DNA of 64,000 nucleotides from an uncultured Actinomycetes bacterium (GCA_963818445.1 CAWFSG010000018.1:38639-102638); one strand, 5' to 3'; positions 11,575 through 22,422 are shown, counted from the stretch's first letter. The notes: a model not told the origin generated them from the sequence alone. Translations and numbers: made by a program.

Positions 11575-13110
11575 TCATGTGTCCCCGCGCAGGGTCAGGG
11601 CACGACCGACGTGCTCCAGGGACGGCCGGTCGGCGCCCGACAGGTCCGCCAGGCTCCACGCGACCCGAATGGCACGGTCGGCCCCGCGGGCGCTGAGCCG
11701 TCCGGCGGCGATCGCCGCGCCGAGGACGTCCGCCGCCGCGGGGTCCGGGGCCAGCGGGCCGCGCAACAGCGACGACGGCTGGGCACCGTTGTGGGCCGGG
11801 GCCAGGCCCAGCGCGACACAGCGGTGGATCGAGCGCTCCCTGGCCAGGGTGACCTGGGAGCGCACGGAGGCCGAGTCCCGGGCCCCGTCCCCAAGGGACC
11901 AGGCGCCGCGAGCGGGGGCACCGAGCACCATGCGGATGTCCACGCGGTCCATCAGCGGCCCGGACAGCTTCGCGCGGTAGCGACGGCGGTCCACGGACCG
12001 GCAGGAGCACTCCTGGCCGGCCCCGTCGCCCAGGCCGCACGGGCACGGGTTGGCCGCCAGCACCAGCTGGAATCGGGCCGGCATGCGTGCGGTGAACCCG
12101 GCACGGGCGATGCAGACCACGCCTGCCTCCAGCGGCTGGCGCAGGGACTCGAGGCAGGCGGAGCCGAACTCAGCGGCCTCGTCGAGGAACAGCACGCCGG
12201 CGTGGGCGAGGGTCACCGCACCAGGGGTCGGCTGGCCGCCCCGACCGCCGCCGACCAGCGCCGCCACCGTGGCGGTGTGGTGCGGGGACTGGAACGGCGG
12301 CCGGCGCACCAGCCCCTGGACATCGGCGACGACCGATCGGATGGCCGTGACGGTCAGGGCGTCGTCGTCGGTCAGGTCGGGCAGGATCGTCGGCAGCCGT
12401 TCGGCGAGCAGGGTCTTGCCGACCCCGGGTCGCCCGACCATCGCCACGTGGTGCCCACCGACTGCGGCGACCTCCAGGGCCGCCACAGCCTCGGGCTGAC
12501 CCAGCACATCGGCCAGGTCGGGCTCGGGAGCGCCCACGCCTGCCTCGGCGACCTCGCGCTCGGTGGGTGACTCCCCCGCCTGGTCCGCGTCCACCGTCGC
12601 CCCGGTCACCAGCTGGCCCCAGTGCCGCAGGGACGCGACCCCGACGGCCTCGATCCCGGGGACCACGCCGGCCTCGGCGGCGTTGCGCCGGGCCACGACG
12701 ATCCGGCGCCGACCCGCGCGGACGCCGGCGACTGCCGCCACGACCGCACCCCGGACCGGGCGGACCCGACCGTCGAGGCCCAGCTCGGCGAACAGGATCG
12801 CGTCCTCGAGTGGCTCGGACGGGATCTGGCCGTCGGCGGCCAGGATCGCCGATGCGATGGCCAGGTCGAGCCCGGAACCGCGTTTGTGCAGCGACGCCGG
12901 TGACAGCCCGACGGTGATCCGCACCTGGGGCCAGCGGGCGCCGCTGTTGAGGACGGCAGCTCGGACCCGGTCACGGGCCTCACCCACCGCGGTGTCGGCC
13001 AGCCCCACGATCGACATGCCGGGCAGGCCTGAGGACAGGTGGGCCTCGACCTCCACCAGGTGGGCGTCCACCCCGGAGATGACCACCCCGTGCGCGCGCG
13101 CCAGGGACAT
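11575..13110 (-). CDS. YifB/ComM family Mg-chelatase-like AAA+ ATPase
   Basis: 511 aa from ATG 13110 (MSLARAHGVVISGVDAHLVEVEAHL), with Walker A GRPGVGKT and a C-terminal Mg-chelatase domain. The start overlaps the yraN stop as ATGA. Confidence 0.85.
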   Translation of the reverse strand: MSLARAHGVVISGVDAHLVEVEAHLSSGLPGMSIVGLADTAVGEARDRVRAAVLNSGARWPQVRITVGLSPASLHKRGSGLDLAIASAILAADGQIPSEPLEDAILFAELGLDGRVRPVRGAVVAAVAGVRAGRRRIVVARRNAAEAGVVPGIEAVGVASLRHWGQLVTGATVDADQAGESPTEREVAEAGVGAPEPDLADVLGQPEAVAALEVAAVGGHHVAMVGRPGVGKTLLAERLPTILPDLTDDDALTVTAIRSVVADVQGLVRRPPFQSPHHTATVAALVGGGRGGQPTPGAVTLAHAGVLFLDEAAEFGSACLESLRQPLEAGVVCIARAGFTARMPARFQLVLAANPCPCGLGDGAGQECSCRSVDRRRYRAKLSGPLMDRVDIRMVLGAPARGAWSLGDGARDSASVRSQVTLARERSIHRCVALGLAPAHNGAQPSSLLRGPLAPDPAAADVLGAAIAAGRLSARGADRAIRVAWSLADLSGADRPSLEHVGRALTLRGDT

Positions 13111-13466
13111 CAGGACACCCCGCGCAGGTGCTCGATGTCCAGGCGACCATCGCGATGGCTCAGGACCCCGACCGCATCGATCCGGACCGGTCCGCGGTGT
13201 CCGCCCGTCTCCTCGAGCCAGAGCGCGGCCAGCCTCCGCATCCGGGCCAGCTTCGCCGCCGTGATGGCCTCGAGCGGGGCGCCGAAGCCGGTCCCGCGCC
13301 GGGTCTTGACCTCGACGAACACCAGGACGGCGCCCTCCCGGGCGATGATGTCGATCTCGCCGTAGCGGCAGCGCCAGTTCCGGGCGACCACTGCCATCCC
13401 GCGCTGCGTCAGGTACCCGGCAACTGCGTCCTCGCCGTCCCGACCGAGCTCCTGCCGATCCCCCAT
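13110..13466 (-). CDS. yraN: YraN family (UPF0102) endonuclease-like protein
   Basis: 118 aa with the motif GEIDIIA...VFVEVKTR typical of UPF0102. Confidence 0.8.
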   Translation of the reverse strand: MGDRQELGRDGEDAVAGYLTQRGMAVVARNWRCRYGEIDIIAREGAVLVFVEVKTRRGTGFGAPLEAITAAKLARMRRLAALWLEETGGHRGPVRIDAVGVLSHRDGRLDIEHLRGVS

Positions 13467-13521
13467 CGCGCTCCACCCCCGGGGCCAACCCTGCGGGGCA
13501 CCGCCACGATGCGGTAGGGGG

Positions 13522-14256
13522 TCAGTGCGAAGTTGTGGACAACTGCCCGGCCGTCGACTCGGTCCCCTCGGTACCCGGGAGGTTCCACGAGCGGCGATGC
13601 AGCGACGTGGGACCCAGCCGGCGCAGCGCGTCGATGTGATCAGGGGCGCTGTATCCCTTGTTCAGCGCCCACCCGTACTCCGGATGCTGCTGCGCGAGCT
13701 CGACCATGATCGCGTCGCGCTCGCACTTGGCCAGGACGCTGGCCGCGGCCACGCCCGCGCACGTCAGGTCAGCGCGGACTCGGGTCACCACCCTCGGGGG
13801 CACGAGCGACATGTCGGCCAGGTTGTCGCCCACGGCGCGCCGCGGGTCCGGGAACAGCGCGTCAGGCTCCTCGGGGACGCTGAGCCAGTCGTGGCTGCCG
13901 TCCAGCAGCGCCTGGTCCGGGGCCATCCCCAGCCGGGCGAAGGCCCGCGCGGCGGCGACGCGCAGGGCACAGATGATCCCCACGGCGTCGACCTCATAGG
14001 GGTCGGCGTGGCCCACGGCTGACGCGACCGGCCACCGGCGCAGGCGCGGGAGCAGTGCCCGACGGGCCCGCGGCGTGAGCAGCTTGGAGTCGCGCAGGCC
14101 GGTCGGCGCCGAGCCGACCCCGAGGTCGAGGACGACCACTCCCACGCTCACCGGCCCGGCCAGGGCGCCGCGGCCAACCTCGTCCACGCAGGCCAGTGTG
14201 GCGGCCCCTGCGCGGAGCATGGCACGCTCGACCCGCAGGGTCGGGGCCACGCTCAT
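13522..14256 (-). CDS. rnhB: ribonuclease HII
   Basis: [13 protein letters not shown] active-site motif. I chose the internal ATG at 14256, which overlaps the lepB stop as ATGA. Confidence 0.85.
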   Translation of the reverse strand: MSVAPTLRVERAMLRAGAATLACVDEVGRGALAGPVSVGVVVLDLGVGSAPTGLRDSKLLTPRARRALLPRLRRWPVASAVGHADPYEVDAVGIICALRVAAARAFARLGMAPDQALLDGSHDWLSVPEEPDALFPDPRRAVGDNLADMSLVPPRVVTRVRADLTCAGVAAASVLAKCERDAIMVELAQQHPEYGWALNKGYSAPDHIDALRRLGPTSLHRRSWNLPGTEGTESTAGQLSTTSH

Positions 14257-15062
14257 GGGGCCTGCGGATCGATGCGGCCGGCCGGCATCGCGCTCTGCTG
14301 GTCGGTGTAGGTCGGCAGGGTCGCCCACCGGGAGATCGGCCACATGATCACCTCAGCGGTTCCCACGACGTTCTCCACGGGAACGGTTCCGTCGTCCTGC
14401 TCGAGGTGGTAACGGGAGTCCGCGGAGTCGCCGCGGTGGTCTCCCATCACGAACAGCCGGCCCTCGGGGACCTCGACCCGGAAGGTGACCTGGTCGGTGG
14501 GGTCGCCCGGGTAGATGTAGGGCTCGTCCAGGGGCTCGCCGTTGCGGATGATCTGCCCACCGGGCGAGCAGCACTCGATGGTGTCCCCACCCACGCCGAT
14601 CACCCGCTTCACGAGGTCGTCACCGGTGGTCGAGGGAAGGATCCCGACGAACGCCGCCATCTCGCCCAGGGCCCCCCGGATGCCTCCGACCGGGACGGGG
14701 TCCGCGAGCCAGTCGGCAGGGTCCTTGAACACGACCACATCGCCATGGCCCGGATCGACCCCGGGCTTCCAGACCAGGATCCGGTCGCCGCGCATCAGCG
14801 TCTCCTCCATCGACCCGCTGGGGACCCAGAAGGCCTGGAGCAGGAAGGTGCGCACCACTGCGGAGATCACCAGGGCCGTGACCACGACGATCGCGATCTC
14901 GCGCAGGCCCCGCAGGAATCCCGATCCGCGCGGCTCGGCCTCGGGTTCGGTGCGCCGGGGCCAGTCGGATCCTGGGCTGCCCGCCGACCCCGCCCGTGCC
15001 GAGCCCGCTTCGACCGGGTCCAGCGGGTCGACAGGTCCGGCGGGCTCCATCGGCTCACTCAT
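14253..15062 (-). CDS. lepB: signal peptidase I
   Basis: S26 boxes: [36 protein letters not shown]. The start (15062 or 15050) is uncertain. Confidence 0.8.
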   Translation of the reverse strand: MSEPMEPAGPVDPLDPVEAGSARAGSAGSPGSDWPRRTEPEAEPRGSGFLRGLREIAIVVVTALVISAVVRTFLLQAFWVPSGSMEETLMRGDRILVWKPGVDPGHGDVVVFKDPADWLADPVPVGGIRGALGEMAAFVGILPSTTGDDLVKRVIGVGGDTIECCSPGGQIIRNGEPLDEPYIYPGDPTDQVTFRVEVPEGRLFVMGDHRGDSADSRYHLEQDDGTVPVENVVGTAEVIMWPISRWATLPTYTDQQSAMPAGRIDPQAP

Positions 15063-15648
15063 CGGACCCCTCCACACGACGCATCGATCCCGGGGGCCAC
15101 ACGACCGCCTCGACAGTGCCAATGATGCGTGATGCCGGGACGTTCCCACCGCCCGGGTCGCCCAGATGTGCCCGCGAGTCGGCCGAGACGGCCCGGTTGT
15201 CGCCCAGCAGCCAGTAGTGGTCGGGCGCGACGATCACGTCGAACGCCTGCTGATCGCTGCGCGCACCCACCAGGTAGGGCTCCGTCAGGGGCTGCCCGTT
15301 GCGCGTCAGCTGGCCGTCCTGGGTGCAGCAGGTGATCCGGTCGCCGCCCACGCCGATGACCCGCTTGACGAACACCGTGCCCTGCGGGTCGTCAGGTGCG
15401 GCCCAGAGGTCGGCGCCATCGAACACGACCATGGTCCCCGGCTGCAGGTTCCATCGGTCCACGCCCGCCTTGGCGACCAGGATCCGCTCGCCCGGCTCGA
15501 GTGCCGCGGTCATGGAGTCGGAGTCGACCGCGCGGACCTCGGCGACGAACACGTGCACGAGCAGGACCGCCAGCGCCCCGGCGACAACAGCGAGGACCCC
15601 CGCCCGGATCATCCGGCGGGGGCCCTCGTCAACTGTTGCGGGGCGCAA
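15055..15648 (-). CDS. lepB: signal peptidase I (second tandem paralog)
   Basis: S26 boxes: [36 protein letters not shown]. Confidence 0.8.
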   Translation of the reverse strand: MRPATVDEGPRRMIRAGVLAVVAGALAVLLVHVFVAEVRAVDSDSMTAALEPGERILVAKAGVDRWNLQPGTMVVFDGADLWAAPDDPQGTVFVKRVIGVGGDRITCCTQDGQLTRNGQPLTEPYLVGARSDQQAFDVIVAPDHYWLLGDNRAVSADSRAHLGDPGGGNVPASRIIGTVEAVVWPPGSMRRVEGSDE

Positions 15649-15649
15649 C

Positions 15650-16000
15650 TCAGGTGTTGTCGCGCTTCTCGCGGATCTTGGCCTTCTTGCCGCGCAGCTC
15701 GCGCAGGTAGTACAGCTTGGCGCGGCGGACGTCGCCGCGGGTCACCACCTCGATCTTCTCGACGACCGGGGTGTGCACCGGGAAGGTGCGCTCCACGCCG
15801 GTGCCGAAGCTGACCTTGCGGACCGTGAAGGTCTCGCCCAGGCCACCCCCGTGGCGGCGGATGACGACACCCTGGAAGACCTGGATGCGCGAGCGGGTGC
15901 CCTCGACGACCTTCACGTGGACCTTCACGGTGTCGCCGGGACGGAAATCGGGGATGTCGGAACGCAGCGAGGCCGCGTCGACCATATCCAGCTTGTTCAT
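15650..16000 (-). CDS. rplS: 50S ribosomal protein L19
   Basis: 116 aa from ATG 16000. [31 protein letters not shown] is canonical L19. Confidence 0.95.
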   Translation of the reverse strand: MNKLDMVDAASLRSDIPDFRPGDTVKVHVKVVEGTRSRIQVFQGVVIRRHGGGLGETFTVRKVSFGTGVERTFPVHTPVVEKIEVVTRGDVRRAKLYYLRELRGKKAKIREKRDNT

Positions 16001-16151
16001 GATCGCTTCCTGGCGGGAGCCACAGGTCGCCCGCAGATGTGGGTCGAATGGATGCCGGCGCACGGAACGCGCCTCCCCTGTGGCGGCGACGCGAGACGAC
16101 CAGCCACACAAGTCTGCCACACCCCGGGCCCGGCCCGGAAATGCGCGCGGA

Positions 16152-16874
16152 TCAGCCGAGCAGGTCCGGTCGCATGGTGCGCGTGCGCTCGACGGCCTGC
16201 TCGTGGCGCCATCGGGCCACGGCTGCGTGGTCGCCGGAGGTCAGGACCTCGGGGACGGCCATGCCCTGCCACACCGGTGGCCGGGTGTAGATGGGCCCCT
16301 CGAGCAGGTCCTCCATGCCGCCGGTGGCGAAGGAGTCATCAGCGTGGCTGGCCTCGTTGCCGAGCACGCCGGGGATCAGCCGACCCACCGCCTCGACCAT
16401 CACGAGAACGGCGGCCTCGGCACCGGCGAGCACGTAGTCGCCGATCGAGACCTCATCGACGACCACCGGCTGCCCGGCGGCGGTCAGGGTCCGGGCCCAG
16501 GGCACCACCCGGGAGTCGATGCCCTCGTAGCGCCCGCAGGCGAACACCAGGCGCGGTTCCGTCGACCACTGCGCGGCCATGGCCTGCGTGAAGCGCCGCC
16601 CGCTGGGCGTCGGCACGACGAGGCGCACCGGGTCCGCGGGATCGCCGGCGGCCAGGACGGTGCGCAGCGCCTCGCCCCACGGCTCGGGCTTCATGACCAT
16701 GCCCGGGCCCCCGCCGTACGGGGAGTCATCCACCGTCCGGTGCCGGTCGTGGGTGAAGTCCCGCAGGTCGTGGATGTCCAGGTCGATGAGGCCATCGGCG
16801 ATCGCCCTGCCCACCAGCGACAGGTGCAGGGGTGCGAGGTAGTCGCCGAAGATGCTGATGACGTCGATGCGCAT
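16152..16874 (-). CDS. trmD: tRNA (guanine37-N1)-methyltransferase
   Basis: 240 aa from ATG 16874 ([12 protein letters not shown]...[11 protein letters not shown]...[10 protein letters not shown]). The start overlaps the rimM stop as ATGA. Confidence 0.9.
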   Translation of the reverse strand: MRIDVISIFGDYLAPLHLSLVGRAIADGLIDLDIHDLRDFTHDRHRTVDDSPYGGGPGMVMKPEPWGEALRTVLAAGDPADPVRLVVPTPSGRRFTQAMAAQWSTEPRLVFACGRYEGIDSRVVPWARTLTAAGQPVVVDEVSIGDYVLAGAEAAVLVMVEAVGRLIPGVLGNEASHADDSFATGGMEDLLEGPIYTRPPVWQGMAVPEVLTSGDHAAVARWRHEQAVERTRTMRPDLLG

Positions 16875-17386
16875 CAGGCCAGCTCCGCGAGTCCGTCGGG
16901 CAGCTCGACGACGACGAATCCGCCGGCGATGTCGACCTCGGGCACGATCTGGTGCACGAACGGCACGAGCAACTCGGCACCGTCGTTCCGGGTGACGGCC
17001 AGGACATCCTGGCCGGGCAGGTGCAGCACCTCTGCGATGCGCCCCAATTCCGTGCCATCGGCCTCTCGGACGGACAGCCCCACGAGGGCAAGGTCGTGGA
17101 ACTCGTCCTCCCCGGCCTCGGCCAGGTCGACGTCGGCCTCGAGGATGGCCCCGCGCAGGGTCTCGGCGGCCGTCCGGTCGGCGATCCCCTCGACGGAGAG
17201 GATCAGCCTCGCGTTCTGCCAGCGGTATCCCTCGACCGTGAGGGTTGCGGGCAGGCCCGCGCGACCCGACAGGAACAGGACAGCCCCCGGGGAGAACCTC
17301 TCCTCGGGGGCGTCTGTGCGAACCTCGACGGTGACCTCGCCGCGAATGCCCTGGGCCCGGCCGATCCGGCCGACCACCACGCGCAT
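16874..17386 (-). CDS. rimM: 16S rRNA processing protein RimM
   Basis: 170 aa beginning [21 protein letters not shown], a typical RimM start, between the KH protein and trmD. Confidence 0.85.
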   Translation of the reverse strand: MRVVVGRIGRAQGIRGEVTVEVRTDAPEERFSPGAVLFLSGRAGLPATLTVEGYRWQNARLILSVEGIADRTAAETLRGAILEADVDLAEAGEDEFHDLALVGLSVREADGTELGRIAEVLHLPGQDVLAVTRNDGAELLVPFVHQIVPEVDIAGGFVVVELPDGLAELA

Positions 17387-17652
17387 CAGCGCTCGTCGGC
17401 GTCCAGGAAGTCCACGCGCACCGGGCGTCCGCCGGAGATCGCGCTGACCACCGTGCGGATCGCTGTGGCGGTGCGACCAGCACGGCCGATGACGCGACCG
17501 ATGTCGTCGGGATGGACGCGTACCTGGTAGGTGTTCCCGCCCTGCTCGCGCGGACCCCGACGCCCACTTCGGACCCGGACGCTGACGTCCTCGGGATGCT
17601 CGACGATGCCCGAGACCAGGTGCTCCAGCGAATCCTCGATGACCGTGCTCAT
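17386..17652 (-). CDS. KH-domain RNA-binding protein (YlqC/UPF0109-like)
   Basis: 88 aa with the KH GXXG-type motif [12 protein letters not shown] and conserved position between rpsP and rimM. Confidence 0.75.
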   Translation of the reverse strand: MSTVIEDSLEHLVSGIVEHPEDVSVRVRSGRRGPREQGGNTYQVRVHPDDIGRVIGRAGRTATAIRTVVSAISGGRPVRVDFLDADER

Positions 17653-18236
17653 GCCGAGGGGGTCTCCTCGACGGCCTCAGCCTCAGCTGCGGGCGCCTCA
17701 GCCACGACCTCGACGACCTCGGCTGCGGGCGCCTCGACGACGACCTCGGCCTCGGGCTCAGCAGCGGGAGCCTCCTCAGCAGCGACCTCAGCTGCGGCCG
17801 GCGCCTCGACGACCGGGGCGACCTCGGCCTTCTCCTCGACGACCGGGGCGACCTCGGCCTTGAGGGCCTTCGCCTTCGGGGCCTTGCCGGCCTCCTCGGC
17901 GGACTTCACGGCCGCCTCGAACGCCATCTGCTTGTCAGCCTTGGGCTCGGCGACCCGCAGGGTGCCCTCAGCGCCCGGGAGGCCCTTGAACTTCTGCCAG
18001 TCGCCGGTGACCTTGAGGATGGCCATGACGGGCTCGGTCGGCTGAGCGCCGACGCCGAGCCAGTACTGCGCGCGCTCGGAGTCCACCTGGATCAGGCTGG
18101 GCTCGCGGCGCGGCTGGTAGATGCCGATCTCCTCGATCGAGCGGCCACCGCGGGCGGTGCGCGAGTCGGCGACCACGATGCGGTACTGCGGGTTCTTCTT
18201 CTTGCCGAGGCGCTTGAGCTTGATCTTGACGCTCAC
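17649..18236 (-). CDS. rpsP: 30S ribosomal protein S16 with long C-terminal extension
   Basis: [26 protein letters not shown] is canonical S16. The protein is 195 aa, and residues ~127-195 form an Ala/Glu/Val/Pro acidic tail. Confidence 0.9.
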   Translation of the reverse strand: MSVKIKLKRLGKKKNPQYRIVVADSRTARGGRSIEEIGIYQPRREPSLIQVDSERAQYWLGVGAQPTEPVMAILKVTGDWQKFKGLPGAEGTLRVAEPKADKQMAFEAAVKSAEEAGKAPKAKALKAEVAPVVEEKAEVAPVVEAPAAAEVAAEEAPAAEPEAEVVVEAPAAEVVEVVAEAPAAEAEAVEETPSA

Positions 18237-18426
18237 GTGTGTTGGTGTCTCTTTCGGTTCGGGGGTGGACCCTCACGACGCGGACATGGGGTTATCCGGG
18301 CTGCGAGGACCGCATGGATCACGCCGACCTTGGTTGAGAGGGACCTCGGCCCGCGTGGGACCCGCCCATTGTGCCATCCCGCACCCGGATTGCTCAAAGG
18401 CGCCGCCACCGGCGCGAGTCCATGCG

Positions 18427-19656
18427 TCAGCCGCGGTGTCGCAGTGCGCCCCGCACCCGCCCGGCGAGGTCACCCACCGGGGCCACGTGCACCTCGGCGA
18501 GGTCCAGCCATCCGGCGGTCTGCGTGAGCGTCCGGGCCAGCGCCTCCACGGACTCCGGACGCACGTCGCCCTCGGGATGGGCCGCCTGGACGAGCAGCCG
18601 GCCCGATGCGCGGTCGGCCTTGAGGTCCACCCGCGCGACGAGCTCCTCGTCGTGCAGGAACGGCAGCACGTAGTACCCGTGGACCCGCTGCTCGGCGGGG
18701 GTGTAGATCTCGATCCGGTAGCGCATCCCGAACAGGCGCTCGGTCCGCGGGCGGTACCAGATGAGCGGGTCGAAGGGCGCCAGGAGGGCTGAGGCCGGCA
18801 CCTTCCGGGGAACCGAGAAGCCCGCCGGCGCGTACGTCGCCGGCCAGTCGGGAACCGTGACCTCGACGAGCTCGCCGGTGCCGAGGAGCTCGCTGATCGC
18901 GTCCCGGGTGGGGGCGGTCGGCATCCGGAAGTAGTCGGCGAGGTCGGCGGCGGTGGCCACGCCCAGGGCCCGCGCGGCGATCGCGACCAGCTCCCGGTGC
19001 GCCTGCGCCGGTGTCGGCGTCGGAGCGGCCAGCGCCGCCCGCGGCAGCACGGCCTCGGGGGCGGCGTACCGGCGGCGGAACGCCGAGTCGCGCCCGGCCG
19101 AGGTGATCTCCCCGGCCCAGAACAGGTACTCCAGGGCACGCTTGACGGCCGACCAGTTCCACCCCCAGTGCTCGCGCTCGCCCCGCTCGATGTGCGAGAA
19201 GACCAGGTCGAGCTCGGTCGAGGTGACGGGTCCGGTCGCACGGACGACCTCCGCGACCTCGCGAACCAGCTCGGGCTGCTCACGCTGCACACGCACCATG
19301 CCGCCCCAGGCGTCGTCGTGGACCCGGTCCATGCGCCAGCGCATCAGTCGATGCATCCCGACGGGGAGCAGGGCGGCCTCATGCCCCCAGTACTCGAACA
19401 GCGAACGCGGCGCGCGACCCGAGCAGTCATCCAGCCGTGCGCGGTCGTAGGGCCCGAGGCGGGCGAGGACCGGCAGGTACTGGGCACGGGCCAGGACGTT
19501 CACCGAGTCGATCTGCACGACCCCCAACCGACGCACGACATCGGCGACTGCTCGGGCCCCAGGCTGGCCCACGGGCCGGGGTCGGCCGAATCCCTGGGCC
19601 GCCAGTGCGACGCGCCGCGCTGCCTGCAGGCTCAGTCGGTCGCGTGGCACGGGCAC
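18427..19656 (-). CDS. YcaQ/AlkZ-like winged-helix DNA glycosylase family protein (DUF1006)
   Basis: Family-like blocks LGVVQIDSVNV, FEYWGHEAALLP and YYVLPFL. The start is uncertain. I chose GTG 19656 so the gene does not overlap the divergent PucR gene. Confidence 0.65.
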   Translation of the reverse strand: MPVPRDRLSLQAARRVALAAQGFGRPRPVGQPGARAVADVVRRLGVVQIDSVNVLARAQYLPVLARLGPYDRARLDDCSGRAPRSLFEYWGHEAALLPVGMHRLMRWRMDRVHDDAWGGMVRVQREQPELVREVAEVVRATGPVTSTELDLVFSHIERGEREHWGWNWSAVKRALEYLFWAGEITSAGRDSAFRRRYAAPEAVLPRAALAAPTPTPAQAHRELVAIAARALGVATAADLADYFRMPTAPTRDAISELLGTGELVEVTVPDWPATYAPAGFSVPRKVPASALLAPFDPLIWYRPRTERLFGMRYRIEIYTPAEQRVHGYYVLPFLHDEELVARVDLKADRASGRLLVQAAHPEGDVRPESVEALARTLTQTAGWLDLAEVHVAPVGDLAGRVRGALRHRG

Positions 19657-19667
19657 ATGCTGCCACG

Positions 19668-20846
19668 ATGGCCGCCATGACCAGCCCGCGCGAGGTGCGC
19701 ACCGCGCGACGTCCGTGGGCAGCGGTCCCCCGCGCCGTGGCCGAGCCACTGCGCCCAGCGCTGCCGGCCGCGATCGAGCATGTGATCGACGTCGTCACCA
19801 AGGAGGTGCCGGCGTACGGCGGGACCAACGAGCGCGTGGCCGCCACCCTGCGCGCCGGAGTCGGCATGGCGCTCGGACGTCTCGTGGACCTCATGGGCAC
19901 CGACGAGGCGGCCCTCGGTGAGTCCGCCCCGCTCTATGAGCGGATCGGAGCCGGCGAGTACCACGCGGGCCGCGGGCTGGCCGACCTGCTGTCGGCCTAC
20001 CAGATCGGCGCGCGGGCGGCATGGCAGTCGCTGAGCCGGGCCGGAGTCGCTTCCGGCCTGACACCACAGGACGTGTCGCTGCTCGCGGAGGCGGTCTTCG
20101 CCTACATCGACCAGCTCTCGGCGGCGTCGATCGCGGGCTACACCCAGGCCCAGCTTGCCGATACCGGGCGCCGGGAGGCCCTGCGCTCCGAGCTGATCGA
20201 GCGACTGCTCGCCGGCGAGGCGGGGTCCGACCGGGTCTCGGCCCTGGCGGCCGAGGTCCAGTGGCCGCTGCCCACGACCGCGGCGATCGCCCTGCCACGG
20301 GGGGCCGAGCTCCCCGCGGCCCTGCCCGGTGCCCTGGCCGGGCGCATCGCCCAGGGCGCGGTGGCGGTGGTGCCCGGACCGACGACGCCGGGGCTCAGGG
20401 CGTGGTGGGCGCGGGCCACCCCGCCCGTGGCGGTGGGGCTCCCGGTGGGGTTGTCGGACCTGGGGCGCTCGTTGGCACATGCGCGGACGCTTCGCGACCT
20501 GCCCGTGGACGGGTCCCTACAGGCCGCCGACCACCTCGCGGACCTCCTGGTCCGCGCTGACCCCGCCCTCGGGGTCGCGCTGCGCGAGGACGTGCTGGCC
20601 GCGTTCGACGTGATCCCGCCGGCACGACGTCAGCCGCTGCTCGACACGCTGCGCAGCTGGCTGCTGCACGCCGGGAACCGCGGGGACGTGGGCGCCGACC
20701 TGCACGTGCACCCGCAGACCGTCAGCTACCGGATGGACCGGGTCCGCGAAGTCCTCGGCGACCGCCTCGACGACCCGCAGGCGCGCTGGGAGCTGCTGCT
20801 GGCGCTGAAGACGCCGGAGGTCAGTGACCGCCCAGCAGGTCCTTGA
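19668..20846 (+). CDS. PucR family transcriptional regulator
   Basis: 392 aa from ATG 19668 with the C-terminal PucR HTH (LHVHPQTVSYRMDRVREVLG). Its 3' end overlaps the ffh 3' end by 26 nt (convergent). Confidence 0.7.
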   Translation: MAAMTSPREVRTARRPWAAVPRAVAEPLRPALPAAIEHVIDVVTKEVPAYGGTNERVAATLRAGVGMALGRLVDLMGTDEAALGESAPLYERIGAGEYHAGRGLADLLSAYQIGARAAWQSLSRAGVASGLTPQDVSLLAEAVFAYIDQLSAASIAGYTQAQLADTGRREALRSELIERLLAGEAGSDRVSALAAEVQWPLPTTAAIALPRGAELPAALPGALAGRIAQGAVAVVPGPTTPGLRAWWARATPPVAVGLPVGLSDLGRSLAHARTLRDLPVDGSLQAADHLADLLVRADPALGVALREDVLAAFDVIPPARRQPLLDTLRSWLLHAGNRGDVGADLHVHPQTVSYRMDRVREVLGDRLDDPQARWELLLALKTPEVSDRPAGP

Positions 20847-22422
20847 ACGCCGGGGGCAGGTCGCCCATCTTCTTCATCGCCTCCGGATCGAGCATCGCCG
20901 GGTCGAACGCGGCCGGGTCGAAGCCCGCCAACCCGCCGGGCAGGCCGCCGGGACCCGCGGCCGGGGCCGACTCCTCGATCGCCCGCTTGGCGGGATTGCC
21001 ACTGCGGGACTTCTTCTTCGCCTGCTGCTGCTGGGCACGACCCTTGGCCTTCTTCGAGCCGCCCATGCCCGGCATCCCCGGCATGCCGGGCATGCCCATC
21101 CCGGAGCGCATCTGGCGCATCATCTTCTGCGCCTCGCCGAAGCGCTCGACCAGGCCGTTGACCTCGCTGACCTGCACCCCCGACCCTCGGGCGATCCGCG
21201 CCCGGCGCGAGCCGTTGAGCAGCTTGACGTCGGCACGCTCGGCGGGGGTCATCGACTGGATGATCGCCTGGACGCGGTCGATCTCCTTCTCGTCGAGGTT
21301 GTCGATCTGGTCGCGGATCTCGCCCATGCCGGGCAGCATCCCGAGCAGCTTGCCGAGGTTGCCCATCTTGCGCAGGGCCTGCATCTGGCTCAGGAAGTCG
21401 TCGAGCGTGAAGTCCTCGCCGGCCAGCACCTTGCCGGCCATCTTCTCGGCCTCTTTGGAGTCGAACGCCTTCTCGGCCTGCTCGATCAGGGTCAGCACAT
21501 CGCCCATGTCGAGGATCCGGGAGGCCATCCGGTCCGGGTGGAACAACTCGAAGTCGGTGAGCTTCTCACCCGTCGAGCCGAACATGATCGGCACGCCGGT
21601 CACGGTGACGACCGACAGCGCCGCACCACCGCGGGCATCTCCGTCGAGCTTGGTCAGGACCACGCCGTCGAAGCCGACGCCCTCGTGGAAGGCCTTCGCG
21701 GTGGCGACCGCGTCCTGGCCGATCATGGCGTCGACGACCAGCAGCGTCTCGTCGGGCTGGACGGCGTCGCGGACCTGACGCAGCTGCTCCATGAGCGCGG
21801 TGTCGATGGCCAGGCGACCGGCGGTGTCGACGATCACGACGTCGTGCTGGGTCAGCTTGGCGATCTCGATGCCCTCGCGGGCGACCTCGACCGGGTCGCC
21901 CCAGGTCGACTCGGGGTTCGCTCCGGTGTTGCCCGGCTGCGGCGCGAAGACCGGGGCGCCGGCGCGCTCAGCGACCACGGACAGCTGGTCGACGGCGTTC
22001 GGGCGCTGCAGGTCGGCGGCCACGAGCATCGGCGTGTGGCCCTGCTCCTTGAGGTGCACGGCCAGCTTGCCGGCCAGCGTGGTCTTGCCCGAGCCCTGCA
22101 AGCCCGCGAGCAGGATCACGGTCGGCGGATTCTTGGCGAACTGCAGGCGACGGGTCTGCCCGCCGAGCAGCTCGATGAGCTCCTCGTGGACGATCTTGAC
22201 GACCTGCTGGGCGGGGTTCAGCGCGCCCGAGACCTCCGCCCCGACCGCGCGCTCACGGACGCGATCGGTGAACACGCGCACCGCTGGCAGGGCCACGTCG
22301 GCCTCGAGCAGTGCGATCCGGATCTCCCGGATGGTGTCGTTGATGTCGGACTCGGACAGCCGGCCCTTGCCGCGCAGGCCCTTGAAGGTCGCGGACAGCC
22401 GGTCGGAGAGGGATGCGAACAC
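20821..22422 (-). CDS. ffh: signal recognition particle protein Ffh
   Basis: 533 aa with an NG domain (GLQGSGKTT, DTAGR, TKLDGDARGG) and a Met-rich M domain. Confidence 0.95.
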   Translation of the reverse strand: MFASLSDRLSATFKGLRGKGRLSESDINDTIREIRIALLEADVALPAVRVFTDRVRERAVGAEVSGALNPAQQVVKIVHEELIELLGGQTRRLQFAKNPPTVILLAGLQGSGKTTLAGKLAVHLKEQGHTPMLVAADLQRPNAVDQLSVVAERAGAPVFAPQPGNTGANPESTWGDPVEVAREGIEIAKLTQHDVVIVDTAGRLAIDTALMEQLRQVRDAVQPDETLLVVDAMIGQDAVATAKAFHEGVGFDGVVLTKLDGDARGGAALSVVTVTGVPIMFGSTGEKLTDFELFHPDRMASRILDMGDVLTLIEQAEKAFDSKEAEKMAGKVLAGEDFTLDDFLSQMQALRKMGNLGKLLGMLPGMGEIRDQIDNLDEKEIDRVQAIIQSMTPAERADVKLLNGSRRARIARGSGVQVSEVNGLVERFGEAQKMMRQMRSGMGMPGMPGMPGMGGSKKAKGRAQQQQAKKKSRSGNPAKRAIEESAPAAGPGGLPGGLAGFDPAAFDPAMLDPEAMKKMGDLPPAFKDLLGGH

